Shown here piece by piece: positions 17,925 through 28,979 of a stretch of DNA of 64,000 nt. Numbering within the stretch: the stretch's first letter is position 1; each line of letters begins with the position of its first letter. This DNA is from an uncultured delta proteobacterium (GTDB lineage Bacteria; Myxococcota_A; Polyangia; Palsa-1104), in contig CAWAWS010000017.1 in the NCBI GenBank assembly GCA_963785725.1, positions 32,001 through 96,000 on the forward strand. The letters are read 5' to 3'. Below the pieces are notes generated by a model. That model ran no database searches and was not told the origin of the DNA. It saw only the letters and a program-made list of their open reading frames with translations. The position numbers and the translations under genes were made by a program.

Positions 17925-19437
17925 GTGCTCGAACCCGTCGCCCTGAACCAGACCCGGTTCAACGTGCCCGGCATCGCCCCCGACAACCGCGGTGTCGTGC
18001 TCGGCAAGCAGGGCGCGCTCTTGTTCGCGTCGGTCGATCGCCTGGTCGGCTTCTTTCGCATCTTTTGTGACGAGTCGTCGATGGACGATCTGTTGCCGAA
18101 GCTGAAGATCCACCAGCTGCGCACGCCGCTCATGGCGCGCGAGTTCCTCGTGCTGTTCGCGGCGTCGAGCTCGTATCTGCTCGATCGCGCGGCGCGAATC
18201 GCCGGCCTCCTCGGAGGGCTGCCCTTCACCGGCTCGGGCAAGCACTTCGTGAAGTATCGCGACACGCAGTCGCCGCTCGGCTTCGACGCGACGGCGCTGT
18301 CGACGGAGCCGGCCGACTTCGTGCTCTACGCGGACACGTTTACGCAGGGCTATCAGAAGGTCAAAGACGTGCCGTTCGAGCAGCTCGTCTTTCAGCTGTC
18401 ACCGCGGCGTTTGCCGGGCAGCGCCCGACGACGATCTGCAGGACCGCGAGCTGCTCTGGCTGACCGTTCGTCCCGGCCTCGGGCGCGCGATTTTGACCTA
18501 TTTGTGGCGCAATCGCGTGCGCGCCGAGGCCACGTTCGTGCAGCCGGCGCAGACGGCGGCGGGCGCGGGCAGCTTCGGGCAGGGCGCGTCGTTCGTGCTC
18601 ATTCGCGCGCACGAGCTGCCGGCGCGCATGCTGACGCTGTTTGCCGCCGTGCCCGGCGTCGAGATCTTCCGCCCCGTCGCCGAGAACGTCGTCGTGCAGG
18701 TCGGCTTTCGGCATCCGCTGCGGCTCGAGTCGTGCGCGTCGATCTTCGACAAAGAGCGCTTCTACGTGTTCTCGGGCACGCGCGACGCCGTCGACGTCTT
18801 GATGGCGCCGCCGCCGCTGGTGCCGGCGACCGACCTCATCGGCGGCGGCTTCGATTTGGGCGAGCGGCCGGCGCCGATCGAGCAGATGCCGCGCGAGCCC
18901 GACAAGCTCGAAGTGCAGCTCAAGCTCGTGCCCGCGCAGTCGGCCCGCCGCCGCGTGACCGCGACGCTGGTGTCGTGGGCGCACGCCGACCGGCTGCGCA
19001 AGCTGGTCTACGCGCTGCCGCCGACGATGCTGGCGACCTATCGCGTGGCCGCCTTGACCGAAGGGCTGTTCGTCGTCGGCGAGCAGGGCATCGACGGCCT
19101 GCCCATCGGCGACCTGTTTCAGGAGGCGGCGCCGTCGATCTTCGTGCCGCTGGGCATGGAGTTTCTGCCGCGCGTCGGCGCCGCCGTGCTCACCGATCAT
19201 GTCGGCGGCGTCAACGGTCGCTACGTCGTGTTCCCGCATCATGGCCGCCCGCTCGCGCTCGAGCACGGCGCGTTCGAGCCGCTCGGCCGGCGCGCGCTGG
19301 CGCGGCTCGACGTCGAGGTGCGCACGCGCGACGTGCGCCTGCCGCCGCCGCGCGCGACGACGCCGGCGACGGTCGTCAACGAAGAGCTGTCGGCGCTGCC
19401 GCTGTGGGGATTCCAAGGAAATCCCAAGGTCGAATGA
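17925..19437 (+). CDS. uncharacterised ~503-aa protein of the MoxR-vWA cluster (one apparent 1-bp insertion near 18425)
   Basis: Protein-like frame 17925-~18425; deleting one C from gccc gives GSADDDLQDRELLWL, in frame with ORF 18493-19437. Confidence 0.7.
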
Positions 19438-20000
19438 GCCGCGGCGCCGTCGTCACGATCGCCGTCATCCTCGTCGTCGTGTCGGCCGCCTCGGCGCACG
19501 CCGAGACCGGCTGGGCCGGCTCGGTGCGGCTCGGCGTCGGCGCGCCGCTCGATTACGCGCGCGCCGGCCAAGCCAACGTCGACATGGCGCTCAATATCCA
19601 CCTCATCATCCGGCCCGGCGCTTACGACGAAACGTGGGGCGGCGGCCCGTTCATCGACGCGCACACGCTCGGCTTCTCGCGCCACGACATCACCGCCGGC
19701 GCCGGCGTCTCGACGCCCGACTACATGGGCCTGTTCGCCGGCGGGCTGCGCATCGGCGCCGGCTACCGCTGGCTCAGCGACGACCGCACCGGCGGCATCG
19801 TGCACACGACGTTCGTCTTCGGCTTCCGCATCCCAATCAAGAACCACGAAGAGCTGGTCCTCGGCATCTACGCCGACGCGCGCGTGCTCCTCGAGCATCA
19901 CCCGACGAGCGAGCTGACGTCGGGCCTCGAGATCGATCCCGTCGGCATCTTGGCGGCGCTGTTTCAAGGCACGAAATGGGAACCGAAGACTAAGCCATGA
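19434..20000 (+). CDS. exported protein, possible small outer-membrane beta-barrel
   Basis: ATGA overlaps at both ends; signal peptide …SAHA-E; alternating amphipathic strands (GLRIGAGYRW, LVLGIYADARV). Confidence 0.65.
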   Translation: MSRGAVVTIAVILVVVSAASAHAETGWAGSVRLGVGAPLDYARAGQANVDMALNIHLIIRPGAYDETWGGGPFIDAHTLGFSRHDITAGAGVSTPDYMGLFAGGLRIGAGYRWLSDDRTGGIVHTTFVFGFRIPIKNHEELVLGIYADARVLLEHHPTSELTSGLEIDPVGILAALFQGTKWEPKTKP

Positions 20001-21136
20001 AGTTCGCGCCCGCGCGCTGGCTGCATAACTTCGTCCTGCCGCTGATCGCCGGCGGCGACGTGCGCGTGGCGATGGTCTTGGGCGCGCGCGAGCTCCGGCA
20101 GCTCAAGGACAGCGACTTCGACAACGACGAGAACGGCCAGCGCATCGGCGAAGCGCGCCACGCCATCGTCTCCGAGCTGCTCATCTCGCCGCCCGAGCCC
20201 GAGCTCGACGAAGACGCGCTGCGCTTGGCGGCGGCCATGCAAAACCTGCTGTTTCTGCTGCATCCGGGCACGGCCGCGCTCGGCGTGACGCGGCGCCGGC
20301 TGCGCGCGGTCTCGGCCTACACCGCCGAGCTGGCGACGCTGCATCTGCCCGAAGCCGACGAGGAGGGCGCGCGCATCTTGGCCGCCCGTCACTCGATCTT
20401 GCACCACCTGTTCGACCTCGGTCGCGACGACGTGCGCGTCAGCTTTTGGGCCGGCAAGCGCGAATTCCGCGGCGCCGAGCCGCCGCCGCGCCTGCTCAAA
20501 TGGGCCGACGTGCGCCGCGTGCGCGAGGAGCGCTGGCGCATCACCGTCGCCGGCGAGGCGATGGCCGATCCGCTGTACAAGCCGATCGTGGCCGCGCTCT
20601 TGGCCTCGTCGCCGCTGACCGATCTGTTCGAGCCGGCGCGCCTCGAGCCGCGCTTCGACCTGTTGCATCTGGCGCGCTGGCTCCGGCAGCCGTCGCTGGC
20701 GCGCGCCGTCGCCGACCGCTGGCTGTCGGCCGGTCTGCCGCAAGTCGCCGGCGCCTACACGGCGGCGCTGATGGCGCTGTACAACGAAAAAGACACGCGG
20801 GCGCGATTGGCCGCGCGCACGGCGACGTCGTTCGCCGCGCACGTGCAGCTCCTGCATCTGCTCGGCCGCCGCGCGCCGATGGGCGAGCGCGAGCACCTGC
20901 TCGATCTGCAAGGCCTCGTGCAGGCGCAGCCGGGCTTGCGCGACTTCTACGGCCTGTTCGCTGCCGCCCAGCGCGTCGGCCTCGGCCGTCCGACCGACGT
21001 CGCCCGCGATCCGCGCCTCGCGGCCGAGGTCGACCGCTACGCCGCCGCCTGTGCCACGCTCGTCGGCCACAATCGCCTGCTCGAGCTCATCGGCGTCATG
21101 GGCCGCGGCCTCGGCCAGCTGCAGCTCATGCCCTAG
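19997..21136 (+). CDS. uncharacterised helical protein of the MoxR-vWA cluster
   Basis: 379-aa ORF with normal composition, translationally coupled to the upstream gene. Confidence 0.75.
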   Translation: MKFAPARWLHNFVLPLIAGGDVRVAMVLGARELRQLKDSDFDNDENGQRIGEARHAIVSELLISPPEPELDEDALRLAAAMQNLLFLLHPGTAALGVTRRRLRAVSAYTAELATLHLPEADEEGARILAARHSILHHLFDLGRDDVRVSFWAGKREFRGAEPPPRLLKWADVRRVREERWRITVAGEAMADPLYKPIVAALLASSPLTDLFEPARLEPRFDLLHLARWLRQPSLARAVADRWLSAGLPQVAGAYTAALMALYNEKDTRARLAARTATSFAAHVQLLHLLGRRAPMGEREHLLDLQGLVQAQPGLRDFYGLFAAAQRVGLGRPTDVARDPRLAAEVDRYAAACATLVGHNRLLELIGVMGRGLGQLQLMP

Positions 21137-21201
21137 CTAGCCGCAAATCTTAGTCCCGCACGGGCTTCACAAGTGTTGCCAAGTCGCGTCTCGCGACGAA
21201 A

Positions 21202-21214
21202 AACGCGGTATGCT
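21202..21214 (+). promoter_or_regulatory. AACGCGGTATGCT promoter motif, copy 2
   Basis: TATGCT ends 8 nt before ATG 21223; identical to the minus-strand copy at 17879-17891. Confidence 0.6.
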
Positions 21215-21222
21215 ATGCGGCA

Positions 21223-22421
<1,199 letters not shown>

Positions 22422-22425
<4 letters not shown>

Positions 22426-22763
22426 AAGTGATCGTCTTCGACGACGTCTTGTGCGGCCGCGCCCGCGAATACGAGGTGGCCAACCTCGACTTGCATTTTT
22501 ATGCGCACGCCGACGAAGCCGTGGCCATCGTCGCGCGCGAAAAGCCCGACGTCGTGCTCATGGACTATTCGATGGACGCGAAACACTCCGGCGAAGACGC
22601 CATTCGCGCCTTACGTTCAGCAGGGATGCCGGGCGGCGGCAAGATCGTCGCCATCTCCTCCGATCCACGCTCGAACGAACGCATGCTGACGGCCGGCGCC
22701 GACGACGCGATCCCGAAGACGCACGTAAAAGGTTATTTGTCTCGACTATCGAAGTTGAAATGA
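22422..22763 (+). CDS. single-domain response regulator (receiver)
   Basis: IVFDD, VVLMD phospho-acceptor, AISS, AGADDAIPK; ATGA overlap with MoxR. Confidence 0.85.
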
Positions 22764-22776
22764 ATCGATATTCGTC

Positions 22777-24258
22777 ATGATCGCAGCCGAAAAACGTCAT
22801 TCGCATTTGGCGCGTCAAGTCGGGACGCTGGCGCTCAGCCATGTGCGCACGACGAACCCGATGGCGGCCGTGCGCGCCGCGGCCTGGGCGAACACGATGG
22901 GCCGCCTCGGCGTGCATTTGCCGCTGTTCGTCGTGCACGACGTCGGCCTCTTGTTGACGGCGCCGCGCGGCGCCGGCGGCGTGCAGCTCGGCCCGCGCGA
23001 GCCGCTCTTGGCCGCCGTCGGCCTCGGCGACGAAGCGCGCGGCTTACTGCGGCAATATGGCGCGTTATTGGCGACGATCGCGGCCTCGGAGGTCGTCGAG
23101 AAGGCGACGTCGTGGCGGCTGCGCGACGATCTGGTCTCGGTGCTGCTGACGAAGATCTTGGGCGACCTCTATCATCGCTGGCAAGAGCCGACCAAGAGTG
23201 TCGGCGTCGAAGAGCTGCCGCTCGATCCGCAGACCTACGCCGATGCCGACTTGGCGCAGCACTTTCGCGACTTCGACGCCGCGCCCATCATCGGCTTTCT
23301 GCGCTTCTTCGCGTCGCAGCAGCTGCATGTGTATACGTCGCTCGAGCAGATCGATCTCGACACGTTGCGCCTGCTCGGCGTCTTCAACGGCGGCGCCAAC
23401 ATGGGCGGCGGCGTCGAGGCGGCGGCGATCGATCTCGTCGATCTGTTCGGCGTCTTTCAGTCGGCGGAGGCGAACGACGTCGTCAACTTCTCGCTCGAGC
23501 TGTTGCCGTCGGTCTTGGAGACGAAGCGCGCGTCGGGCGTGCAGACGTTCGCCGTCGACGGTTACGCGGCCATCGAACGGCGCGGCAACTTGGATTCGCT
23601 GATGCTGTCCGAGTTCGCTTACGACGACGACCTGTTCGAGCGCAAAGTCATCGACGACGAGCTCTACTATTACGGCCACGAAAAGCAGCGCGAAGAAGAG
23701 CGCCGGCTGCAATACATCCTCGTCGACAGCTCGCCGTCGATGCGCGGCGTGCGCCAAGTCTTCGCGCGCGGCTTGGCGCTGACGCTGGCCAAGAAGCTGT
23801 CGCTCGAAGGCGATGAAGTGTGGCTGCGCTTCTTCGATTCGCGGCTATACGACACGCAAAAGGTGCAGCACGGCGATTTGGCGGCGCCTTATTTGTTGTG
23901 CTTCAAGTCGGAGCGTGGACGCAATTACGCCAAAGTGTTTCGCCAGCTGGCGCTCGAGTTGCAGCGTCTGCGGCGCGAAGATCGGCGCCAGCTCGTCGTC
24001 TACATTCTCACGCACGGGCAGTGCCATATCCCCGTCGAAGTCGTGCAGCAAATGCGACGCGAGGCCTATTTGTACGGCATTTTCATCCTGCCGTCGTCCG
24101 ACGTCAGCCTCGAATATCTCGACCTCTTGCATCGCCATCAAATCGTCGACGAGCAGACGCTGCAGAGCCGCAATCGCCGGCGCGACAAGGCGCTCGACAT
24201 CATCAACGACGCGGGCGGCCGTCCGCCCGATCCCCAAAAGAAGGCAGTGGCGAAATGA
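22777..24258 (+). CDS. vWA-domain protein (MoxR partner)
   Basis: GYAAIERRGNLDSLMLSEFAYDDD..ELYYY pre-vWA segment; ILVDSSPSMRG MIDAS; LRFFD; YILTHG. Confidence 0.85.
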   Translation: MIAAEKRHSHLARQVGTLALSHVRTTNPMAAVRAAAWANTMGRLGVHLPLFVVHDVGLLLTAPRGAGGVQLGPREPLLAAVGLGDEARGLLRQYGALLATIAASEVVEKATSWRLRDDLVSVLLTKILGDLYHRWQEPTKSVGVEELPLDPQTYADADLAQHFRDFDAAPIIGFLRFFASQQLHVYTSLEQIDLDTLRLLGVFNGGANMGGGVEAAAIDLVDLFGVFQSAEANDVVNFSLELLPSVLETKRASGVQTFAVDGYAAIERRGNLDSLMLSEFAYDDDLFERKVIDDELYYYGHEKQREEERRLQYILVDSSPSMRGVRQVFARGLALTLAKKLSLEGDEVWLRFFDSRLYDTQKVQHGDLAAPYLLCFKSERGRNYAKVFRQLALELQRLRREDRRQLVVYILTHGQCHIPVEVVQQMRREAYLYGIFILPSSDVSLEYLDLLHRHQIVDEQTLQSRNRRRDKALDIINDAGGRPPDPQKKAVAK

Positions 24259-24707
24259 TATTCTTACTTTTGCTCGGCCTGTTTTCTTATGACGAGGTTT
24301 TGCATACCGACATCATCGTGCACGCCAAGATCCGCTGGTCGAAGCTCGACGGCGGCGAGCGCGTGTTCGTCGAGATCGCCGGCGGCGAAGCCAAGCGCGT
24401 CAATCCCGGCTGGTCGCCCGATCCGCAGCCGATCGCCTACGACATCGCGCGCGAACGCGATCTGTCGCGCTCGCTGAAGGCCGCGCGTTTGCCGGCGTCG
24501 ACCGGGCACCCGTCGGAGGCGCCCGACGACCGCACGCTCGAAGTCATCGTCGAGGACGCCAAAGGCTGGCACTCTGCCGGCGTCTGGTCGCTGTCGGTCA
24601 AGGCCTGGCAAAAAGGCCGCCTCGGCTCGATCTACGACGCGCTCGAGCCGCTCTTGAAAGTGCAGCCCGACCTCTTCGGCACCGGCACCAAAGGCGGACA
24701 TCCGTGA
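24255..24707 (+). CDS. small putative exported hypothetical protein
   Basis: ATGA overlap with vWA stop; MIFLLLLGLFS hydrophobic start. Confidence 0.6.
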   Translation: MIFLLLLGLFSYDEVLHTDIIVHAKIRWSKLDGGERVFVEIAGGEAKRVNPGWSPDPQPIAYDIARERDLSRSLKAARLPASTGHPSEAPDDRTLEVIVEDAKGWHSAGVWSLSVKAWQKGRLGSIYDALEPLLKVQPDLFGTGTKGGHP

Positions 24708-25315
24708 GGAGGGTGGTGCTGGTGTTGGGCGCGCTGTTGTTGATCGGCGCCGACAACCCGCTGCCGTATCGCATTTGGTGGTCGTTCCCGAACGACGACG
24801 ACACGGCCATCGAAGTCGACGATCCCGATTTGTCGGAGTCGACGTACACCTCGCGCTGGCAGTTCGCGGTCGCCATGCAAAAGTGCGACGTGCGTAAGTC
24901 GAAGCGGCTGGCGCTGCACAAAGACGGCACGCCGGTGCGCGAGATTCGCGTCGAATCGCTCGAGCCCGACGGTTCGACGCGCGCGACCGCTCGCTGCGTC
25001 ATGGCGCTCAAAGACTGGCGCACGCGCATCGGCAAACCGCTCGTCGTGCGGCTCGAGGACGAATTGGACGCGCACGCGGCGTTCCTCATGCCGCGCCATT
25101 TCCCGGGCTCGGGGCCGTTCGACGCCGGCGTCGTTCCCGAGGCCAAGCCGCTCAAAGTCGACGTCAAGCCGCAAAAGCCGCGAGCAGCGGAGCCCAAGCC
25201 GCAAAAAGCCGACGTGAAGCCGCAGCCGCTCGACGCCGCGCCGCCGAAAGCGGACGCGAAGCCGGCCACGCCCGCGACGCCCACGACGATGATCGAAGGG
25301 CACGCCGCGCCATGA
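24704..25315 (+). CDS. exported hypothetical protein with Pro/Lys/Ala-rich tail
   Basis: GTGA overlap; signal peptide MRRVVLVLGALLLIGA; repeated DVKPQ/KPQK. Confidence 0.65.
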   Translation: MRRVVLVLGALLLIGADNPLPYRIWWSFPNDDDTAIEVDDPDLSESTYTSRWQFAVAMQKCDVRKSKRLALHKDGTPVREIRVESLEPDGSTRATARCVMALKDWRTRIGKPLVVRLEDELDAHAAFLMPRHFPGSGPFDAGVVPEAKPLKVDVKPQKPRAAEPKPQKADVKPQPLDAAPPKADAKPATPATPTTMIEGHAAP

Positions 25316-27159
25316 TCGAAGCCAATGCTCAGCTCTTGGCGCGCGCGCAAGGCCTGCTCGCCGCCAATCGCGCCGCCGAAGCCGAGCGGCTGTTCCGCCA
25401 GCTGCTGCAGAACACGCACGTCATCGACTTCGAATACGACGAGTGGCTCAAGGGCATCGCCGAGGCCTATCGCGCGCTCGGCCGCACCCGCGAAGCCGGC
25501 TACGTCTACCTCTATTTGCACGCCTTCGATCGCGCGGCCGAGATGTTCCCGGCCGCGACGGCGCCGGTCGACGCGGCGCGCGTGCGCGAATTGGAAGCGC
25601 GTCGCGCCGGCGGCGAGCCGGCCGCGCGCTTGTACGGCGAGGCCGCGCGCGGTTACGCCGAAGCCGGCCGCCACGTGCTGTCGGCGATCGCCTTCGCGCA
25701 AGGCAACCAGCCGCGCGACGAACGTCGCGCTTGGGAGCGCGTCTTGCGCGATCCGCGGCTGCGCGCCCATCCCTACGAAGAGGCGCTCGTGCAGTTCAAC
25801 TTGGGCGTGGCCGCGACGCGCGACGGCGACAAAGAGGGCGGCAATCGCCACCTCGTCTCCGCGCAGCGCCTGCTCGAGGAGGTCGCCGACGAATTCGAGA
25901 CCCACGGCGAGCGCCACCGCGCCTTCGACTGCTACTGCATCCTGCTCAAGCTCGGCAAAGACTCGGGCAGCTTCGAGAACCTCGCCGAAGGCTACATCAA
26001 CTGCATCCGCGTCCTCAAAGAGGACAATTTAAAGTTTTATGTGCTGCAATATTATGAGGATTTTCTTCGCATAGCGCTGGAACGCGAGGAATATCATGCA
26101 GCTGCCACCGTATTCCGCGAAGCGGCCGATTATGCGCGTCGCGTCGGCCTCGTTTATGACCGCGGTTATCTGAAGCGCGCGGCCGAGACGTGGTGGAAAG
26201 CGGCCGAGAAGAACGAGCGCGACGGCGGCCCGGTCGAGATCACCGAGAACGCCTATTTGGCGGCGATCGACGCCTACAACTCGGTCGGCGATTTCTATCA
26301 CGTGCGCGAGTCGTACAAGCAGGTGACGAAGCTGGCGCTGGGCGAGAAGAAGCAAAAGCGCTACTCGGACGTCGTCGCGCGCTACGCCGAGGTGTGGCAA
26401 GAGGCGATCGACGCCGCGCCGTTCCCCGATTATTTGCGGCAGCAGCACGCCTATCCCGAGATTTGGTACCTCGATTTGATCGAGTGGGAGCTCGACGGCG
26501 ATCACCGCGAGGTCTGCGCGTCGATGGTCGGCGACACGCGCTATGCCGACATCATTCGCCGGCGGGCGCTCAACGTCCTGTTCACGCACTTCGACGCGCG
26601 GCCGCGCGACGGCGCCGAGCTCGACGCGCACACGCTGGCGCAAGTGGCGCAAGACATGGGGCAGCTCGGCGCCTACGCGGCGCTCATGCCGCTCGAACGC
26701 CTAGCGACGCACGCCAATCCGGAAGTGCGCCGCGGCGTGATGCGCGCGCTCAAGCACCTCTATTTCAAGCGCACGTTCAACATGATCACGCGCGGCCTGC
26801 GCGACGAAGCGCCGGCCGTGCGGCAGGCGGCGCTGGAAGCGATGGCGGCGCTGCATTTCCCGCACGCGTTCGATCCGCTGATGCGCATCTTCCGCGAGCA
26901 CGACGACGCGCGCGTCAAAGAGGTCGCGCTCGAGAGCATCGGCCGCATCTCGAGCCTGGAAGCGGGCGAGTTCCTCGTCGAAGTGCTGCGCTACGAGTCG
27001 GAGCCGCTGCGGCACGTGGCGCGCCGCCAGCTGGCATCGTTCGACAACCCGGACATCTTCCCCATCTTGCGCAAGCACCTCGAGCTCGAGACGAACGGCC
27101 CGGCGCGCCAAGCGCTCGAGCAGATCGTCCGCGGCTCGACCAGCCGCGCGCCCGCTTAG
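25312..27159 (+). CDS. TPR (SNAP-like) + HEAT repeat protein
   Basis: ATGA overlap; N-terminal helical repeats; HEAT repeats (HANPEVRRGV, DEAPAVRQAA, DDARVKEVA). Confidence 0.82.
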   Translation: MIEANAQLLARAQGLLAANRAAEAERLFRQLLQNTHVIDFEYDEWLKGIAEAYRALGRTREAGYVYLYLHAFDRAAEMFPAATAPVDAARVRELEARRAGGEPAARLYGEAARGYAEAGRHVLSAIAFAQGNQPRDERRAWERVLRDPRLRAHPYEEALVQFNLGVAATRDGDKEGGNRHLVSAQRLLEEVADEFETHGERHRAFDCYCILLKLGKDSGSFENLAEGYINCIRVLKEDNLKFYVLQYYEDFLRIALEREEYHAAATVFREAADYARRVGLVYDRGYLKRAAETWWKAAEKNERDGGPVEITENAYLAAIDAYNSVGDFYHVRESYKQVTKLALGEKKQKRYSDVVARYAEVWQEAIDAAPFPDYLRQQHAYPEIWYLDLIEWELDGDHREVCASMVGDTRYADIIRRRALNVLFTHFDARPRDGAELDAHTLAQVAQDMGQLGAYAALMPLERLATHANPEVRRGVMRALKHLYFKRTFNMITRGLRDEAPAVRQAALEAMAALHFPHAFDPLMRIFREHDDARVKEVALESIGRISSLEAGEFLVEVLRYESEPLRHVARRQLASFDNPDIFPILRKHLELETNGPARQALEQIVRGSTSRAPA

Positions 27160-27201
27160 TAGCCGCCACGCCGCGCGCTGGCGGCATGGCGGGCGCGTCC
27201 G

Positions 27202-27537
27202 CTATCCGCACACGACCGCTTGTCCCGGCATGCCGCGCCAGCAGACGAAGCGGGCGTCGTCGATGCAATCGGCCGCGCGCATGACCTGCCGGTTGTCGAA
27301 CCCCGGCAGCCGCTGCAGCCGCGGCAACAGCTTCGCCGCCTGCGCACCCGGGATCACGCAGTCGTTGCCTTCGGCGTCGCCGAGCATAAAGAACAGGTCC
27401 TCATCGAAAGGCCCGTCATCCACCGTCACCAGCGCCACCTCCACCAGATCGCGCCACGCCACCCGTTCGATGCTGCCATCTTCGAGCGCGCGCGTGATGC
27501 CCTCTCCGTCAATCTGAAAGTCGTCGCGTCGCGTCAT
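27202..27537 (-). CDS. hypothetical protein (111 aa)
   Basis: GGAGGT RBS before ATG 27537; VAWRDL..DDGPFDEDLFF..LQRLPGFD. Confidence 0.7.
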   Translation of the reverse strand: MTRRDDFQIDGEGITRALEDGSIERVAWRDLVEVALVTVDDGPFDEDLFFMLGDAEGNDCVIPGAQAAKLLPRLQRLPGFDNRQVMRAADCIDDARFVCWRGMPGQAVVCG

Positions 27538-27692
27538 AGTGCTACCTCCGCCCTGAGTGATAAGGGCGAATGACGCGCTGCGCAAGTAACGATTTAATTT
27601 CGTAAGTAATCGAAACTTCACATTTTACAAGTCAGTTACAGATCGGTCGGCTAACTGGTGAATAAAACAGGGGCGGCTTCGTCGACCGCTAT

Positions 27693-28979
27693 GTGACTGG
27701 GGATGCCGCGGCGGTCGATTATGGGGCGCTGGCTCGCGAGCTGACCGCGACCGGCATCCTGTCCGACCCGTGGATCGACGGTCGGCCGCGCTTCGCCACC
27801 GCGCCGCTCGTGTTGCCGCGTCGCCGCGCCGGCGCGCTGGCCACCGCCGCCGAAGACCTGGCCGCGGCGTGGGACGAGGCCGCGCGCCTGTGCCTGGCCG
27901 ACGACGCGCTCGTCCACCACTTCTTCCCCGCGCTGACGCCGTTTCAACGGCTCATGTGGACCGCTGCCGGCGGCGCCTGGCACGGCATCGCCCGCGCCGA
28001 CGTCTTCGACACCGACGACGGCCCGCGAATCTGCGAGCTGAACTGCGACACGCCGAGCGGCGAAGCCGAAGCCGTGCTCCTCAACGCCGCGGTCGCGCGC
28101 CGTCATCCGGCGCTCGTCGATCCCAACGCCGACTTGGAGCGCGCGTTCGGCGACGTCGTGCTCGCCTATGCCGGCGGCCTCGATCGCGACCACGCGGCGC
28201 CGCTCACCGTCGGCATCCTCTATCCGACCGAGCTGGTCGAGGATCTGTCGATGATCCTCATCTATCGTCGCTGGCTGGAGGCGCGCGGCTGCCGCGTCGT
28301 CCTCGGCTCGCCGTTCAACCTGCGCCGCATGGGCACGCAAGCGGCCCTCTTCGACGTGCCCTGCGACGTCTTCGTGCGCCACTACAAGACCGATTGGTGG
28401 AGCGAGCGCGAGCCGGTGCGCGACGACGAGCCGCCCTTCGCAGACGCCGAGCCGCTGGCCGAGCAGCTCGGCCTCTTGACCGAGGCGACGTTGGCGCGAC
28501 GCTGCGCGGTCGTCAATCCCTTCGGCGCCGTGCTCATGCAGAACAAGCGCGTGATGGCGCTGATGTGGGAAGCGATCGAGCGCTTCTCGCCGGCGTCGCA
28601 GGCGGCCATTCGCGCTTATCTGCCGTATACGGTTCGGCTGGAGGCGCTGCCGTCGACGGCGTTGCGCGATCGCGCCGACTGGGTCGTCAAGAGCGACTAC
28701 GGCTGCGAAGGCGCCGAGGTCATCATCGGCGCCGCCGTCGACGAGAACGCCTGGAGCGACGTGCTCCGCCACGCCAAGCCCGGCCGCTTCATCGCCCAGC
28801 GCTACTTCCGCGCCCGCCTCGGCGCCGACGGCCGCTCGGTCAACTACGGCGTCTACCTCATCGGTGGCGAGGCTGCGGGCTTCTTCAGCCGCCTCGCCCA
28901 CAACGCTTGGGGCGCCACCGATTATTACGCAGTCACTGCCGCCACGCTCGTCGACGAAACGGGGGAAACGCATGAGTGA
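27693..28979 (+). CDS. glutathionylspermidine synthase-family ATP-grasp ligase (YgiC/YjfC-like, no amidase domain)
   Basis: ARADVF, ICELNCDTPSGEAE, VNPF..LMQNKR, VVKSDYGCEG. Confidence 0.85.
   Translation: MTGDAAAVDYGALARELTATGILSDPWIDGRPRFATAPLVLPRRRAGALATAAEDLAAAWDEAARLCLADDALVHHFFPALTPFQRLMWTAAGGAWHGIARADVFDTDDGPRICELNCDTPSGEAEAVLLNAAVARRHPALVDPNADLERAFGDVVLAYAGGLDRDHAAPLTVGILYPTELVEDLSMILIYRRWLEARGCRVVLGSPFNLRRMGTQAALFDVPCDVFVRHYKTDWWSEREPVRDDEPPFADAEPLAEQLGLLTEATLARRCAVVNPFGAVLMQNKRVMALMWEAIERFSPASQAAIRAYLPYTVRLEALPSTALRDRADWVVKSDYGCEGAEVIIGAAVDENAWSDVLRHAKPGRFIAQRYFRARLGADGRSVNYGVYLIGGEAAGFFSRLAHNAWGATDYYAVTAATLVDETGETHE

Noticed and set aside
18410..18435. Programmed ribosomal frameshift in the cluster gene
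   Set aside because: No slippery heptamer is evident, and identical 1-bp insertion artefacts occur in housekeeping genes of this window
17925..20000. 691-aa ORF as a single protein
   Set aside because: The middle part is Arg-rich off-frame translation; it is a frameshifted gene (17925-19437) read through into a separate gene starting at 19434
26040..26065. dif-like site (caatattatgagga)
   Set aside because: Only ATATTATG matches; the XerD arm TTATGTTAAAT and a XerC arm are absent, and it lies in a coding region
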